DNA of 63,847 nucleotides, filler included, from Sandaracinaceae bacterium (GCA_947483975.1; 4 parts of 4 records of this genome joined end to end with filler, not necessarily neighbours in it); one strand, 5' to 3'; positions 8,762 through 26,800 are shown, counted from the first letter of the whole stretch. Made by a program: numbers and translations. Notes: generated by a model not told the origin, from the letters alone.

Positions 8762-9802
8762 TCAGCCCATCGCAGCGCGGGCGGTCTCCACGGAGATCGC
8801 GCCGCTCTTGACGAGGTCCTTGAGCGCCATCTCGAACGTCTGCATGCCGTAGGGGTGCGTGCCGCGCTCCATCACGTCCTTGAGCGGCACGTTCCCCTCG
8901 GGACGGCGGAGCGACTCGCGCGCGGTGCCGGTCGCGACCAGCACCTCCGCCGCGAGCGCCAACCCCTGACCGTCGATGCGGGGTAGCAGGCGCTGCGCGA
9001 TGATGCCGCGCAGGTTGTCGGCGAAGCGCTCGCGGGTCTCGCCCGCCTGCTTCTCGCCGGCGAGCGAGATCACGCGTCCGATGGTGCGGGCGACGTCCGG
9101 CGTGTGGAGCGTCGAGAGCACGAGGTGGCCCGTCTCGGCCGACTTGAGCGCGATGTCCATCGTCTCCTCGTCGCGGATCTCGCCGACGAGGATGACGTCC
9201 GGGTCTTGGCGGAGCGCCGCGCGCAGGCCCGTCCCGAAGTCGTCCGTGTCGAGCCCGATCTCGCGCTGCGAGATGGCGGCGAGCGCGTCCGAGTGCAGGA
9301 ACTCGATCGGATCCTCGATCGTGACGATGTGAATGCGCTGCGTCTGATTGAGGTGGCCGATCATCGCGGCGAGCGTCGAGGACTTGCCGTTGCCAGCGGC
9401 TCCGACGACGAGCACCAGCCCCCGCTCCATCTCGGCGAGCGCACGCGCGACCGGCGGTGAGCCGAGCTCCTCGAAGGTCGGGATCCGCAGCGGGATCGAG
9501 CGCATCGCGATGGCGAGCGTGCCGCGCTGCCGATACACGTTCACGCGATAGCGCCCGATGCCGGGGACGCCGTACGCGGTGTCGAACTGCTGCAGCTCGT
9601 CGATCTGCCCGCGAAAGCGCGACGCCCCGAGCACGTGCTCCGCGAGTCGGAGCGTGTGATCGGGGCGTAGCTTGTCGCCTTGCAGGTAATGCAGCTCACC
9701 ACCGATGCGAAACGCGGGCGGCTGACCCACCTTGAAGAGCACGTCGCTGGCGCGGTGTTGGTCGCCTTTTTGGAGCAGGGCGTGGAAGGTCGATTCGTCC
9801 AT
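8762..9802 (-). CDS. pilT: PilT/PilU-family type IV pilus retraction ATPase paralog
   Basis: Walker A GAAGNGKS, TIEDPIE, LRQDPDVILVGEIRD, ETGHLVLSTLH, GMQTF. Confidence 0.85.
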   Translation of the reverse strand: MDESTFHALLQKGDQHRASDVLFKVGQPPAFRIGGELHYLQGDKLRPDHTLRLAEHVLGASRFRGQIDELQQFDTAYGVPGIGRYRVNVYRQRGTLAIAMRSIPLRIPTFEELGSPPVARALAEMERGLVLVVGAAGNGKSSTLAAMIGHLNQTQRIHIVTIEDPIEFLHSDALAAISQREIGLDTDDFGTGLRAALRQDPDVILVGEIRDEETMDIALKSAETGHLVLSTLHTPDVARTIGRVISLAGEKQAGETRERFADNLRGIIAQRLLPRIDGQGLALAAEVLVATGTARESLRRPEGNVPLKDVMERGTHPYGMQTFEMALKDLVKSGAISVETARAAMG

Positions 9803-9865
9803 CGGCGCCGGAGGATACCAGCGACCGCGCGCCGACGGTGGGCTACCGTCGGCTTCGCGTGCCCG

Positions 9866-10648
9866 TCACTCCGCCGCGCTGCGCGCCTCGTCCGGGCGCC
9901 GGACCACGATCGTCGCCATGCGCTCGCGCGCCTCGAAGCTGTCGCGGTAGATCTCGGCCTCGTGGAGCGAGCTGAACGGGCCAATCCGGACGCGGAAGTG
10001 ACGCCCGCGCCCCGGGAGGTCGGCCACGGTCACGAACGCGTGGTGCCCGCGCAGGCGGAGCGCGGCGGCGAACGCGTCAGCCGCTTCGCGGTCGTCGTAG
10101 GAGATCACCTGGACGGTGTAGGCGCCCTCGCTGCCAGCTTGGACGGGCGCGGCGGTCTCCGTACGATCCGCGGCGGGAGCGCGCTCGAGGAGCACGTCGC
10201 CCGCGGGCCTGGCGAAGACGCGCCCTGCGCTGCCGGCAGCGACGGCGGCGGGCAGCGACGTCGGGACGGCCGACGCTTCTTCGCGCATCCGCGGCAGCGC
10301 GATCAGCGCGGCGGCCTCGGCGCCAGCGGCCGCGAGGGCCTGGTCCACCTCGGGGCGCGCGTCTTGGTCCTCGGTGAGGGCGACGGGGAAGGTCAGCGCT
10401 TCCCGCGAAAGAGGCGGCGGGACGATCGCGGCGGCGGGCGCTGCGGACAAGCCCTCCATCGCGTCGAGGCGCGCGAGCGGGTCCTGAGCCGGGCCGTCGG
10501 CCGCGTCCGCGCGGTCGGAGACGAACGCTCCGACTGCGAACACCAGGCCAGCGGCGACCACGGTGCCGAGGGCGTAGAGCCCCAGGCGTCGGCCAGCGCC
10601 GTCATCTCGCTCTCGGATCTGCTCGAGGTCTCGCATCGCCATGTCCAT
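9866..10648 (-). CDS. SPOR-domain protein with N-terminal membrane anchor
   Basis: TM segment, then C-terminal YTVQVISY...FRVRIGPFSS...EA SPOR signature. Start set at ATG 10648. Confidence 0.8.
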   Translation of the reverse strand: MDMAMRDLEQIRERDDGAGRRLGLYALGTVVAAGLVFAVGAFVSDRADAADGPAQDPLARLDAMEGLSAAPAAAIVPPPLSREALTFPVALTEDQDARPEVDQALAAAGAEAAALIALPRMREEASAVPTSLPAAVAAGSAGRVFARPAGDVLLERAPAADRTETAAPVQAGSEGAYTVQVISYDDREAADAFAAALRLRGHHAFVTVADLPGRGRHFRVRIGPFSSLHEAEIYRDSFEARERMATIVVRRPDEARSAAE

Positions 10649-10735
10649 CTCCGCCTCCAGTGGTCTCGCCCTGGGGTGGATGTAAGACACGCGAGCACAT
10701 GTGGTCAAATAAGCGTCAACGTGTGGAGCAGACTT

Positions 10736-11158
10736 CTATCTGTCCCGCACCATGCAGTCCACGCAGAGCTCGGTGTACGGGCCGCGATTGCTATCCATTT
10801 CCTGCCAAACGAGCAGCGAATCGCCCGTCTGCGCAGTGATTTGCAGGCTGAACACGCCCGCCGCGTCGGAGCGCACGATCACGCCCGACTCGAGACGCAC
10901 GTTGACGCACGAGACGAACGCGCCGGGCAGCGCCTCTCCGGAGACGGTGACGAGGCCCGTCACGGGGTCGGGGCTCGTCAGCGCGAGCGCCGCCGGCGGG
11001 GGTAGGGGCAGCGTCGGTGCGGCGCAACCGCTCCACGCCGCGACCGCGGTGAGCACGCCGAGGCCGAGCACGAGCCACCGCGCCGTCGCGCGCAGGCGCC
11101 CCCGCAGCCCGGTCGTCGCACTCCGCCGCCATCCGATCGCTCGCCTGCCGCTGTCCAT
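10736..11158 (-). CDS. Hypothetical lipoprotein with a small Ig-like beta domain; start uncertain
   Basis: Hydrophobic stretch ending AWSGC (lipobox-like), followed by a beta-rich region. Confidence 0.55.
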   Translation of the reverse strand: MDSGRRAIGWRRSATTGLRGRLRATARWLVLGLGVLTAVAAWSGCAAPTLPLPPPAALALTSPDPVTGLVTVSGEALPGAFVSCVNVRLESGVIVRSDAAGVFSLQITAQTGDSLLVWQEMDSNRGPYTELCVDCMVRDR

Positions 11159-11449
11159 CGATCCTCCGACGCGCATCGTCGCGCGTGTGCTGGTCCCGCA
11201 GAGCGGACTCGTAGCAAGCCAGGGGCCGCCGCCGTCCCGCCGTTTGGACGTCGTTTCGTCGGTGGATCTTTTCCGACGCGCCAATGAAGTCGCCTCCGAG
11301 GGTCAATCAGGTTGCCGTCGTCGTCAACCTCGGTCGCCCCGGGGCGCCCCCGCGAGCGCTGCTCCTCCCTCCACGCCTCGCACCTAATTACCGCGCGTGC
11401 GCGTGCGTGCGTGCGAAGCGAATTCCTGCGTGATACCGTCGCCCCGCCC

Positions 11450-14176
<2,727 letters not shown>

Positions 14177-14179
14177 GCG

Positions 14180-14767
14180 GTGACGGCGGGGGGGCGCAGT
14201 GAGCCGTACCTCGAGGCGCTTCGCCAGGAATTCCCTGGGCTGCGCCTCGTGCAGAAGCGCGGCGATGCGTTCTCTCGCGTCGTCGACGGCGCGCTCCGCG
14301 TCGTCACGCTCGGGGGGCAGTCGGCGTATCTGACGCGCTACGTCACCGTGATGGGGCAGACGATCTACGTGCCGGATGGGTGGGCGGCGCGGGACGACCT
14401 CGAGCGCTACTGCGTGCTGCGGCACGAGGCGGTGCACCTCCGGCAGGCGCGGCGCTACGGGCGCGTCGGGATGGCGCTCCTCTATCTGCTGCCGATCGCC
14501 CCGCTCGGGCTCGCGTGGGGGCGCGCGCGCCTCGAGTGGGAGGCGTACGCGGAGACGCTGCGGGCGACGGCGGAGGTGCGCGGGATCGCGGCGCTCGATG
14601 CGCCGGAGCTGCGCGCGCACATCGTCGCGCAGTTCACGGGGCCGGCGTACGGCTGGATGTGGCCGTTCCCGCGGATGGTCTCGCGCTGGTTCGACGCCGT
14701 CGTCGCAGAGCTACGAACAGCTGAATTCTCCGCTACAGAAGTAGAGACACGGCGCGAGAGCGAGTAG
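14180..14767 (+). CDS. Hypothetical HExxH zincin-like protein (DUF4157-like)
   Basis: LRHEAVHLRQ motif with a downstream EWEAY; starts 3 nt after the gyrA stop. Confidence 0.6.
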   Translation: MTAGGRSEPYLEALRQEFPGLRLVQKRGDAFSRVVDGALRVVTLGGQSAYLTRYVTVMGQTIYVPDGWAARDDLERYCVLRHEAVHLRQARRYGRVGMALLYLLPIAPLGLAWGRARLEWEAYAETLRATAEVRGIAALDAPELRAHIVAQFTGPAYGWMWPFPRMVSRWFDAVVAELRTAEFSATEVETRRESE

Positions 14768-14782
14768 ACACTCAACTCAGTT

Positions 14783-16511
14783 ATGTCCGGCCCCGTCCTC
14801 GGCATCGATCTCGGTACCACCAACTCTGTCGTCGCGGTCGCGATGGGCAGCGAAGTGCGCGTCCTGCGCGATGCCGAGGGGAACAGCCTCGTGCCGTCCG
14901 TGGTGTCCTTTCACCCGAACGGCGAGGTCCTCGTCGGCTACCCCGCGCGCGAGCGGCGCCTGCTCGACGCGAAGAACACGATCTACTCGGTCAAGCGGCT
15001 GATCGGGCGGCCGTTCTCGAGCGACGAGGTCACGCGCGCGCGTGAGCGCTTCCCGTTCGTGCTGTCGGCGAGCCCGCAGACGGGCATGACGGTCGTCGAG
15101 GCGCGCGGCGAGACGTATCCGCTGCCGGAGATCAGCTCGTTCGTGCTGCGCAAGGTGCGCGACGTCGCGGAGGCGGCGCTCGGCGTCGACTGCACGCGCG
15201 CGGTCGTCACGGTGCCGGCGAACTTCAACGAGCTTCAGCGCAGCGCGACCAAAGCGGCGGGGCGCATCGCCGGGCTCGACGTGCTCCGCATCTTGAACGA
15301 GCCGACGGCGGCGGCGCTCGCCTACGGCTACGGACGCGGCTCGCACGAGCGCATCGCCGTCTACGACTTCGGCGGCGGCACCTTCGACCTGACGATCCTC
15401 GAGCTCTCGGGCGACGTCTTCGAGGTCATCGCGACCGCGGGCGATACGTTCCTCGGCGGTGACGACATCGACGTGCTCGTCGCCGACGAGATGGCCGCCA
15501 TGGCGCTCCAGCACCACCGCTACGACCCGCGCAAGGACCCGCAGGCGTACGAGCGCCTGCGCGCGGCGGCGGAGTGGGCGAAGTGTCAGCTCTCCACGCA
15601 GGGCGAGGTGCAGCTCAAGGTCGAGGAGCTCGCGTACGACAACGGCGGGCGGCCGATCGACCTCACCTTCGGGCTCGGGCGCGAGGCGCTCGAGAGGCTG
15701 ATCCGGCCGCTGATCGCGCGCTCCTTCGACGTCTGCGAGGACGCGATGCGCGTCGCCGGCGTGCGCCCGACGCAGCTCGACAACGTCGTGCTCGTCGGCG
15801 GCACGACGCGCATCCCGCTCGTGCGCGGCATGGTGCGCGACTACTTCGCGCGCGAGCCGCTCGGGCACATCGACCCCGATCTCGTCGTGGCGCAGGGCGC
15901 GGCGATCCAGGGGCTCGCGCTCGCCGCGTCGTCGCCCGAGCGTCCGCGCCGGACGACGAACGTCGGCAAGGTCGCGCTGAAGAAGGTCACCGTCGAGGAG
16001 CTGCGCGCGTCGCAGGTGCGGATGCCGAAGGGACCGGCGTTCGCGCCGCGCGAGCAGGGCGCGCCCGTCGCCCCGCCGCCCCCGTCGATGCCGCCGGGCG
16101 CGACCTCGATGTTCGAGGAGTTCGCCGGGGACGACCAGGACGCGCTGACGCGCCCGGGCGCGATGCCGGCGAGCGACGAGCCCCTCGCGGAGGAGCCGAC
16201 GATCGCGCGGCACTCGATCTCCGCCCCGCTCGCCATGCCTGCGCCGCCGCCCGCGCCGCTCCCTGCGCCGGCGAAGGCGCCGAGGATCATGCCGTCGTCG
16301 GTGGTCGTCGCCGGGCAGGTGTCGATCGAGGGCGCGGGCTCCGGCGTCAAGATGGAGGCGACGCGCAAGCCGGTCGGTCCGCCTGCGGTGCCCTCGACCT
16401 CCGAGCGTAGGGACACGACCGCGCGCTTCGGGACGGGGGCCGCGGATCCTGGCGCGGCGCCTCCGCCCGCGCTGCCGCCGCCGCTGCCGTCGCGCGCGTC
16501 GGTGCCTCCCG
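14783..16511 (+). CDS. Hsp70/DnaK-family protein with long Pro-rich region; 3'-truncated by contig end
   Basis: [44 protein letters not shown], then low-complexity sequence up to the gap. Confidence 0.9.
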
Positions 16512-16611
16512 NNNNNNNNNNNNNNNNNNNNNNNNNNNNNNNNNNNNNNNNNNNNTTAATTAATTAANNNNNNNNNNNNNNNNNNNNNNNNNNNNNNNNN
16601 NNNNNNNNNNN
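16512..16611. other. Artificial contig-joining spacer
   Basis: 44 N + TTAATTAATTAA (stops in all frames) + 44 N; identical to the two other spacers. Confidence 0.98.
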
Positions 16612-17014
16612 AGGTGATGGGTCCACGGCAAATGTGTCACCAGCGGTGACACTTTCTTTCGGCCCCTGTACGCCTCGAAGAACTGCCGCATCCGGAAGAG
16701 GTTCCGCCGCGTGTAGCCGCGCATGCCGGGGTAGCGGCGAGCGAGGGTGGCCGCGAGCTCGTCGACGACGCCGTCGCCCCACTCGGCCTTCTCGAGCTTC
16801 TCGCTGAGGTGCGCGCCGAGCTGCCAGTAGAGGCTGACGAGCTCCGTGTTGACCGCCTGGTAGGCGCGGTTTCGCGCGGCCTCGATGAGCGCGAGCACCT
16901 CAGCGAACCTGGCCTCGTCGGACGCGAGCGCGCTCGATTGTCTCACCGCCGGCGAGACTCTCTTCGCCCCCGCCTTCGCGCCCGCCTTCACGCCCTTCTT
17001 GCGCGGCGCCCCCA

Positions 17015-17015
<1 letters not shown>
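16612..17015 (-). CDS. YhcG/DUF1016-family (PD-(D/E)XK nuclease) protein, N-terminal part; truncated by contig end
   Basis: AVNTELVSLYWQLG...WGDGVVDELA...GYTRRNLFRMRQF...LPWTHH is the DUF1016 N-terminal signature; ATG 17015 overlaps the methyltransferase TGA. Confidence 0.85.
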
Positions 17016-21016
<4,001 letters not shown>

Positions 21017-21017
21017 C

Positions 21018-23804
21018 TCAGCTCACCGCCGGGAGCAGCACGAAGACGCCGATGACGTCCGCGGGCAGGAGCGCCTTCACCGCATACGAGCCGCGCGCAT
21101 CGGCGGCCTCACGCACACGACGATGATCGGCGAGCAATGCCTGAGCACGGCGCTCTGCGAAGGCGTCGAGCTCACCGCGTCGTCCATGCAGCTGCTCGAG
21201 CGCCTGCGCGACGGCGCGCTCGCGCACATGGGTCGGCGGGTCAGTCGCGGGCGGCGGCGCGAGCAGCGCGAGGGCGTCTTGCCCCTCGACGGGCGTGCTC
21301 GACGAGCCCTTCCACGCGAGGGCGGTCGCCTCCTCGACGAGGAGCGTCGACGTGCGCCCGACCTTCTGCGAGACGAGCTGATGCCGCAGGCGCAGGAGCA
21401 GCACCGTCGTGCGCTCGTCGACGCTGCTCGACACCCAGCAGCCCACGCGCCCGAGCACGCCGGGGTCGCGCGCTGCGTCGTCGATGTCCGCGGCGAGCGT
21501 GCGCTCGAGCAGCGTCTCTGCGAGCACGGCGACGAGCGGATGGCTGCGCTGCACGGGCCGGCAGCGCGGCGCGGGCGGGTAGTCGAAGTCCACGAGCACG
21601 GTGCCGGCGAGCCCCTCGGACTCGAGGCGCTCGCGCACATCCTCGGGCAACACCGCGAGCGGCGCCTTGTACCCGCGCTTCTGCCGCTCGAGCCCCGAGC
21701 CGAGGCGCGAGAGGGCGCGCTCGGTGAACCGCTGCACGTCCTCGCGTCCACCGACGGCGGCGAGCGTCTTGTTCCACTCGGGGAGCACGTCCTCGGGCTT
21801 GAGGCGCCGCTGCGCGAAGACGGTGCGGTTGCGCTTCGCCTTCTCGGCGGCGTCCGTCCACTTGCTCTCGAAGAGCGCGAGTTGCTTCATCTCGGCCGTC
21901 GGCAACGTGCCGTGTCGCCGCAGCAACACGGACTTGAGCAGCACCTCGGTCAGCGACGCGCCCTCGGTCGGCACCGGGACGGGCACGCCGAGCTCGTCGC
22001 GGATCTTCGCGGCCTTGCGGAGGATGACCTGCAACACCGCGCCATCGACGGGGTTGTTCGCGCCGTACATCAGCGTCGCGCGGACGACCGGGCTCTTCTG
22101 CCCGAAGCGATCGACGCGACCTTCGCGCTGCTCGTGCCGCGTCGGGTTCCACGAGAGGTCGTAGTGCACGACGGCGTCGAAGCCGTCCTGCAAGTTCACG
22201 CCCTCGGAGAGACAATCGGTCGCGATGAGCAGGCGCTGCTCGACGGTCTCGGGATCGCAGAGCCGCTCGATCTTCTCGCGGCGCTCGTCGGCCGTGAGCT
22301 CGCCCGTGATGACGCCGACGGTGACGTTCTTGAACTTGCCGTCGAGGTGCCGGTGCAGGTAGTGCGCGGTCGAGATGTAGCGACAGAAGACGACGGGGTT
22401 GAACTTGTCCTTCAGCAGCTCGGCGACGTGGTCCGTCAGCACCTTCATCTTCGGATCGCCCGACTGCCCGGCGAGCTTCTCCGCGCTCGCGATGAGCGCC
22501 GCCAGCTTCGGATCATCGCTGCCCGCGGGCGGCTCGATGTCGTCGTCGGGGAGCGAGTCCTCGTTGCCGTCGAACACGCGATCGAGCAGCGCCTCGCGCT
22601 CGTCCTCACCGGTCATGAGCCCGGCGCGCGTACGAAGCGCCGACACGGCGGCCACCGGGCTCGACGCCGCACAGCGCAGGAGCGCGAGCGTGCCCCAGAA
22701 GTTCACGCGCTGATGTCGCGCGTCGTCCCCCGCCTCGACGACGTCCGCGCAGTAGTCGAGCACCGCGTCGAAGAACTCGTTCCACGGCCCGGTGAGCTTG
22801 TACGTCAGCTCCTTCGTCTCGCGCTTCGGGAAGAGAGTTGGCTCGTTCCACTCCGTGATGTCGGGACGCCGTCGCTGCACGAACTGCGCGGCGAGCCGCG
22901 CACGCAAGGCCGCGCGCTCGAGCCCCTCGGGCACATCGGCGAGCTGCTCGAAGTCGGTGTTCAGCAAGCCGAGCAGGCGGAAGAACGCCGCCTCGTCGCC
23001 GCTGTGCGGGGTCGCCGTGAGCAGCACGAGGTGCCGGCGCTGCGACTCGCCGAGCCCGCGCAGCAGCTCGTACCGCTGATGCCGACCGGGCCCGGTCGAT
23101 GCGCAGGTGTGCGCCTCGTCCACGATGACGAAGTCGGGGCACGCGCGCAGAAACTCGCTGCGGCGCTTCTCGCTCTTGATGTAGTCGAGGCTGACGACCG
23201 TGTGCGGGTGCGCGGTGAAGATGCTCTCGCTCGGGGGCAGATCGCGCTCGAGCCGCGCGGCGCTCGTCGCCGTCACCGCGACCGCGCGGATGTGGAAGCG
23301 CGCGTCGAGCTCGTGAATCCACTGGTCGACGAGGTGCGGCGGGCAGAGCACGGCCGAGCGATCGATCTCGCCACGGTCGAGCAGCTCCCGCGCGATGAGC
23401 CCCGCCTCGATCGTCTTACCGATGCCGACGTCATCGCCGATGAGCAGGCGCACCGGCTCGAGCTTCAGCGCCATGAGGAGCGGCACGAGCTGATAGGCGC
23501 GCGGCTCGACCGCGATCTGACCAAAGCAGCGCAGCGGCCCTGCGCCGCGCCGCAGCGAGAGGAGCAGCGCGTCGCGCAGCAAGAGCGCCGCGTCGTGCCC
23601 CGACTGCTGCCGCGGGTCGGGCGCGGGGAACGTCGCCTCCGTGACGGGCTCCGTCTCGAGCCCGAGATGAATCAGCGTGTGATCCTCTTCGGAGCCCGAG
23701 ATCGGGCGCACGCGCAGCACCTCGCCGGTGCTCCCGGTGAGCACGATCCACTCGCGCCCACGGGCACGCACGAGGCTGCCCGGTGTGTGCTGAGCGGCGG
23801 TCAC
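21018..23804 (-). CDS. SNF2-family helicase (DrmD-like)
   Basis: N-terminal PGSLVRARGREW, Walker A DDVGIGKT, DEAH, LTATPH, SEGVNLQ, EQREGRVDRFGQ; GTG start overlaps the upstream TGA. Confidence 0.9.
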   Translation of the reverse strand: MTAAQHTPGSLVRARGREWIVLTGSTGEVLRVRPISGSEEDHTLIHLGLETEPVTEATFPAPDPRQQSGHDAALLLRDALLLSLRRGAGPLRCFGQIAVEPRAYQLVPLLMALKLEPVRLLIGDDVGIGKTIEAGLIARELLDRGEIDRSAVLCPPHLVDQWIHELDARFHIRAVAVTATSAARLERDLPPSESIFTAHPHTVVSLDYIKSEKRRSEFLRACPDFVIVDEAHTCASTGPGRHQRYELLRGLGESQRRHLVLLTATPHSGDEAAFFRLLGLLNTDFEQLADVPEGLERAALRARLAAQFVQRRRPDITEWNEPTLFPKRETKELTYKLTGPWNEFFDAVLDYCADVVEAGDDARHQRVNFWGTLALLRCAASSPVAAVSALRTRAGLMTGEDEREALLDRVFDGNEDSLPDDDIEPPAGSDDPKLAALIASAEKLAGQSGDPKMKVLTDHVAELLKDKFNPVVFCRYISTAHYLHRHLDGKFKNVTVGVITGELTADERREKIERLCDPETVEQRLLIATDCLSEGVNLQDGFDAVVHYDLSWNPTRHEQREGRVDRFGQKSPVVRATLMYGANNPVDGAVLQVILRKAAKIRDELGVPVPVPTEGASLTEVLLKSVLLRRHGTLPTAEMKQLALFESKWTDAAEKAKRNRTVFAQRRLKPEDVLPEWNKTLAAVGGREDVQRFTERALSRLGSGLERQKRGYKAPLAVLPEDVRERLESEGLAGTVLVDFDYPPAPRCRPVQRSHPLVAVLAETLLERTLAADIDDAARDPGVLGRVGCWVSSSVDERTTVLLLRLRHQLVSQKVGRTSTLLVEEATALAWKGSSSTPVEGQDALALLAPPPATDPPTHVRERAVAQALEQLHGRRGELDAFAERRAQALLADHRRVREAADARGSYAVKALLPADVIGVFVLLPAVS

Positions 23805-26800
23805 GAGGCGCGCCCCAGCGCGACGCGCAGCTTCACGAAGAGGTCAGGCCATGTGGACTCGTCGGACGCGAAGACCTGCAACTCGAACCCCTTGTCTTCC
23901 AGCTTGGTCGTGACCGACGGCGGCAGGCTCTCGAGCACGGCCGCCGCGTAGTGCGTGCGCCAGATGAGCGGGATGGTCGTGGTCCCGTCGACGTACGGCT
24001 CGACGTCCTGATGTGGCAGCCCTGCGGCGCGCGCCTGCTCGACCCAGCGAGCCAGCGCCGTGCTCGCCGCCGGCGGTGCGCTCGGCCGCGACGACTCCCG
24101 CGCGATGGGCGCGATGTCCACGGTCCGAGAGCGCGCCAGCCGTAGCAGGATCGTGCGCGCTGCGTCGTCGCGGCGGTCGACGCGCTCGTGATCGGGCTGG
24201 TTGTAGTAGGACATCAGGCAGCGGTAGCAGGCCGCGACGCAGAGCGTGTTCGGCGCGTCCGCGAGCTCGGCCGCGGTCGCCGGCAGCGCGGCTGCGCTCG
24301 GGCGCGAATCGGGCGTGTCGCTCACGTCGAAGTGCATGATGCCGAGCGCCGTGAGCGCGACCTCCGCGAGCCGCTCGGGCTCCGCGACGAGGCGCGTCAG
24401 CACGCCCGCGCCGCCCTCGGTCGCCTCGTAGAACAACATGCCGTTGCGCTCCTCGCGCTTCGGCATCGGCTCGCCGAGGATCTCGCCCTCCTCGAGCTGG
24501 AACGTCATCTCGATCCCGCGCAGCAGCGCGTATTGCAGCGTCGCGAGCGTCTCCTGCGAGAGGTCGGGCTCGACCGGCTGCAAGAGGAGGGCGTTCTTCC
24601 GGTCCTGCACCATCGGCACGATCATCTGCCGCGGGGATACCGTCGGATCCTTCGGCTCGTCGCCCGCCTCGTCGTCGTTCTTGGCCCAGTAGCCCGAGAC
24701 GGGGTCGATGTTGAAGCCGAGCACCTTCTTGTTCGCGCGCCGCCGGAGCCCCTTGTTGAGGCGCGTGATCGTCGCCCCCTGCCCATAGCGCAGCACGACG
24801 ATCTCGCCGTCGACGTCGTGCGCGCCGCCCTTGCGGACGTCGAGCGTGCCATCACGCCCGGCCCACTCGAAGGTCGTCTGTAGGTCGAAGCCCTGCCGTG
24901 TCCGCTCCTCGTCGTTCGCCGTGATGCGCTCAGCCTGCTGCGTCGCGACGTTCTCGATGCGGTAGGTGTTGTTCACGATCTCGGCGTCGCTGAGCGGCGC
25001 GCCGCAGCCGTGACACGTCGAGACCTCGTCGTTGAAGTGCCCGCCGCCGCAGCGCACGCAGATGCGCACGTTCTTCGTTGGCAGCTTCGCCTCGACCGTC
25101 GAGCCGACCGACGAGTCTCCGAGCGCGAGCAGCGCGCGCACGACGCGGTACGCGCGCCCCTCGTGATAGACGAGGCTCCGCGGCCCGAACTCCGAGAGCG
25201 CGAGGAAGCGCGGGCGCTGGAGGTACGTCTGCTTCCCGCGGCCGTCGCTCGTCTGCGGCACATAGGCCATCAGCGGCAGTCGCGGGAAGTTGTAGCCGGG
25301 GAGGAAGCCCTCGGTCGCGAGGTAGCGGTACGTGTAGAAGTCGTTCGAGTTGCTGCTCGTCCCCTTCTGCAAGAGGTTGATCTGGTCGATCGCCTGCGCG
25401 TGACGGCCCCCTGCGGCGCGCTTCTCCGCCTGTGGTGCGGAGTAGTCGTCCATCGTCCGGCGGGCTGCATCACGCTGCCGCTCGGCGGCGCTGAAGAGAT
25501 CGCGCCACCGACTGAACGCGTCCTTGAAGCGACTGAACCGCGACGCGGCGGTGAGCGCCACGTACTCGTCGCGCCCCGGATACCAGGGCGCGGTCGTGTC
25601 GGTCAGGTCTTCCGCGAGGAGATCGAGGAAACGCTTCATGCGTGCCGTCGCCTCGGTGACGACGTGCGGCGCGGTCATCGTCTTCGCGAGCTCTGCGCGC
25701 AGCGGACGCGCAGGGTCCTGAAGCACGAGCAGCTCGGAGATCGACGCGCTCAGCGGCTCGCCCGTGCATGCGAGCCACACGGCCGAGAGGTGACTGTCGA
25801 CGAGGTCGCGGTTCGCGAGATCGAGCAGCGGCGGGCGCACCTCGCCGTGCACCATCGCCTTCGGATCGCGGAAGAAATACTGGTCGTGCGGCCCCTGCGA
25901 CGAGCAGTACGTGAGCACGAGCGCGGCCTGACCGCTGCGACCCGCGCGACCGCTGCGCTGCACATAGTTGGCCGGCGTCGGCGGCACGTTGCGCAGATAG
26001 ACGGCGTTGAGCGCGGAGATGTCCACGCCGAGCTCCATCGTCGGCGAGCAGAAGAGCACCGGGAGAAAGCGGTTCGACTCGGCGATCTCACGCAGGTGCT
26101 TCTCGTCGGCCGCGAGCTCCTCTTGTTCCTTCTCGCCATAGCGGAAGCGCTTCTCGCGAACCGCGCGCTTCTCACCCTCGACCTGCGCCGTGTGCTCGCG
26201 CGCCTCGAAGCCGAAGAGCGGGTGCGTCGGCGAGCGCAGCATCTCCGCGAGGTTCGCGTAGAAGGCGCGGAAGAACGCGTTCTCCGACGACTTGCGCGTC
26301 GCCTTCGGCGTCGCCCGCTTGAAGCGCACGCACGCATCGACGAGCCGCCAGCCCGTCTGCCCACCGAACGGCGTGCTCTCCTCGCACACCAGCCCGTGCT
26401 CGCACGCGACCGCAAGCAGCCGCTCCACCATCGCGTCGAAGTCCTTGACCTTGAGCGTCGGGGCGGAGCCGCCCCAGACCTTCGACTCGCGCAGGATCTT
26501 GCCGAGCGCGCTCCGTGAGCCGCCTCGCACGAAGAGGTCCTCGTCGCGCTTGTTCTTACCGCTGATCTCCGGCGACTTGAGCATCAGCCAGCGCGCGCGC
26601 CGGAGCTGCTCGTCGCTGCCGAAGCCCCACGGCGTGCGGATGCGGGCGTGCGCCCTCGTGAGCATCTGCTCGCTGACCGCGGCGTCGAGCACCTGCGTAC
26701 GGATCGCGAGCCACTGACGAAGGTGGCCGAGCAGCTTCTCGTAGAGCGCTTTGCGCACCGCGGGCTTCGCATGGACGAGCACGCTCGGCCCGTCGGCGAA

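Noticed and set aside
16556..16567. TTAATTAATTAA palindrome occurring three times
   Set aside because: Sits in the middle of N-runs; an assembly linker with stops in all frames, not biological
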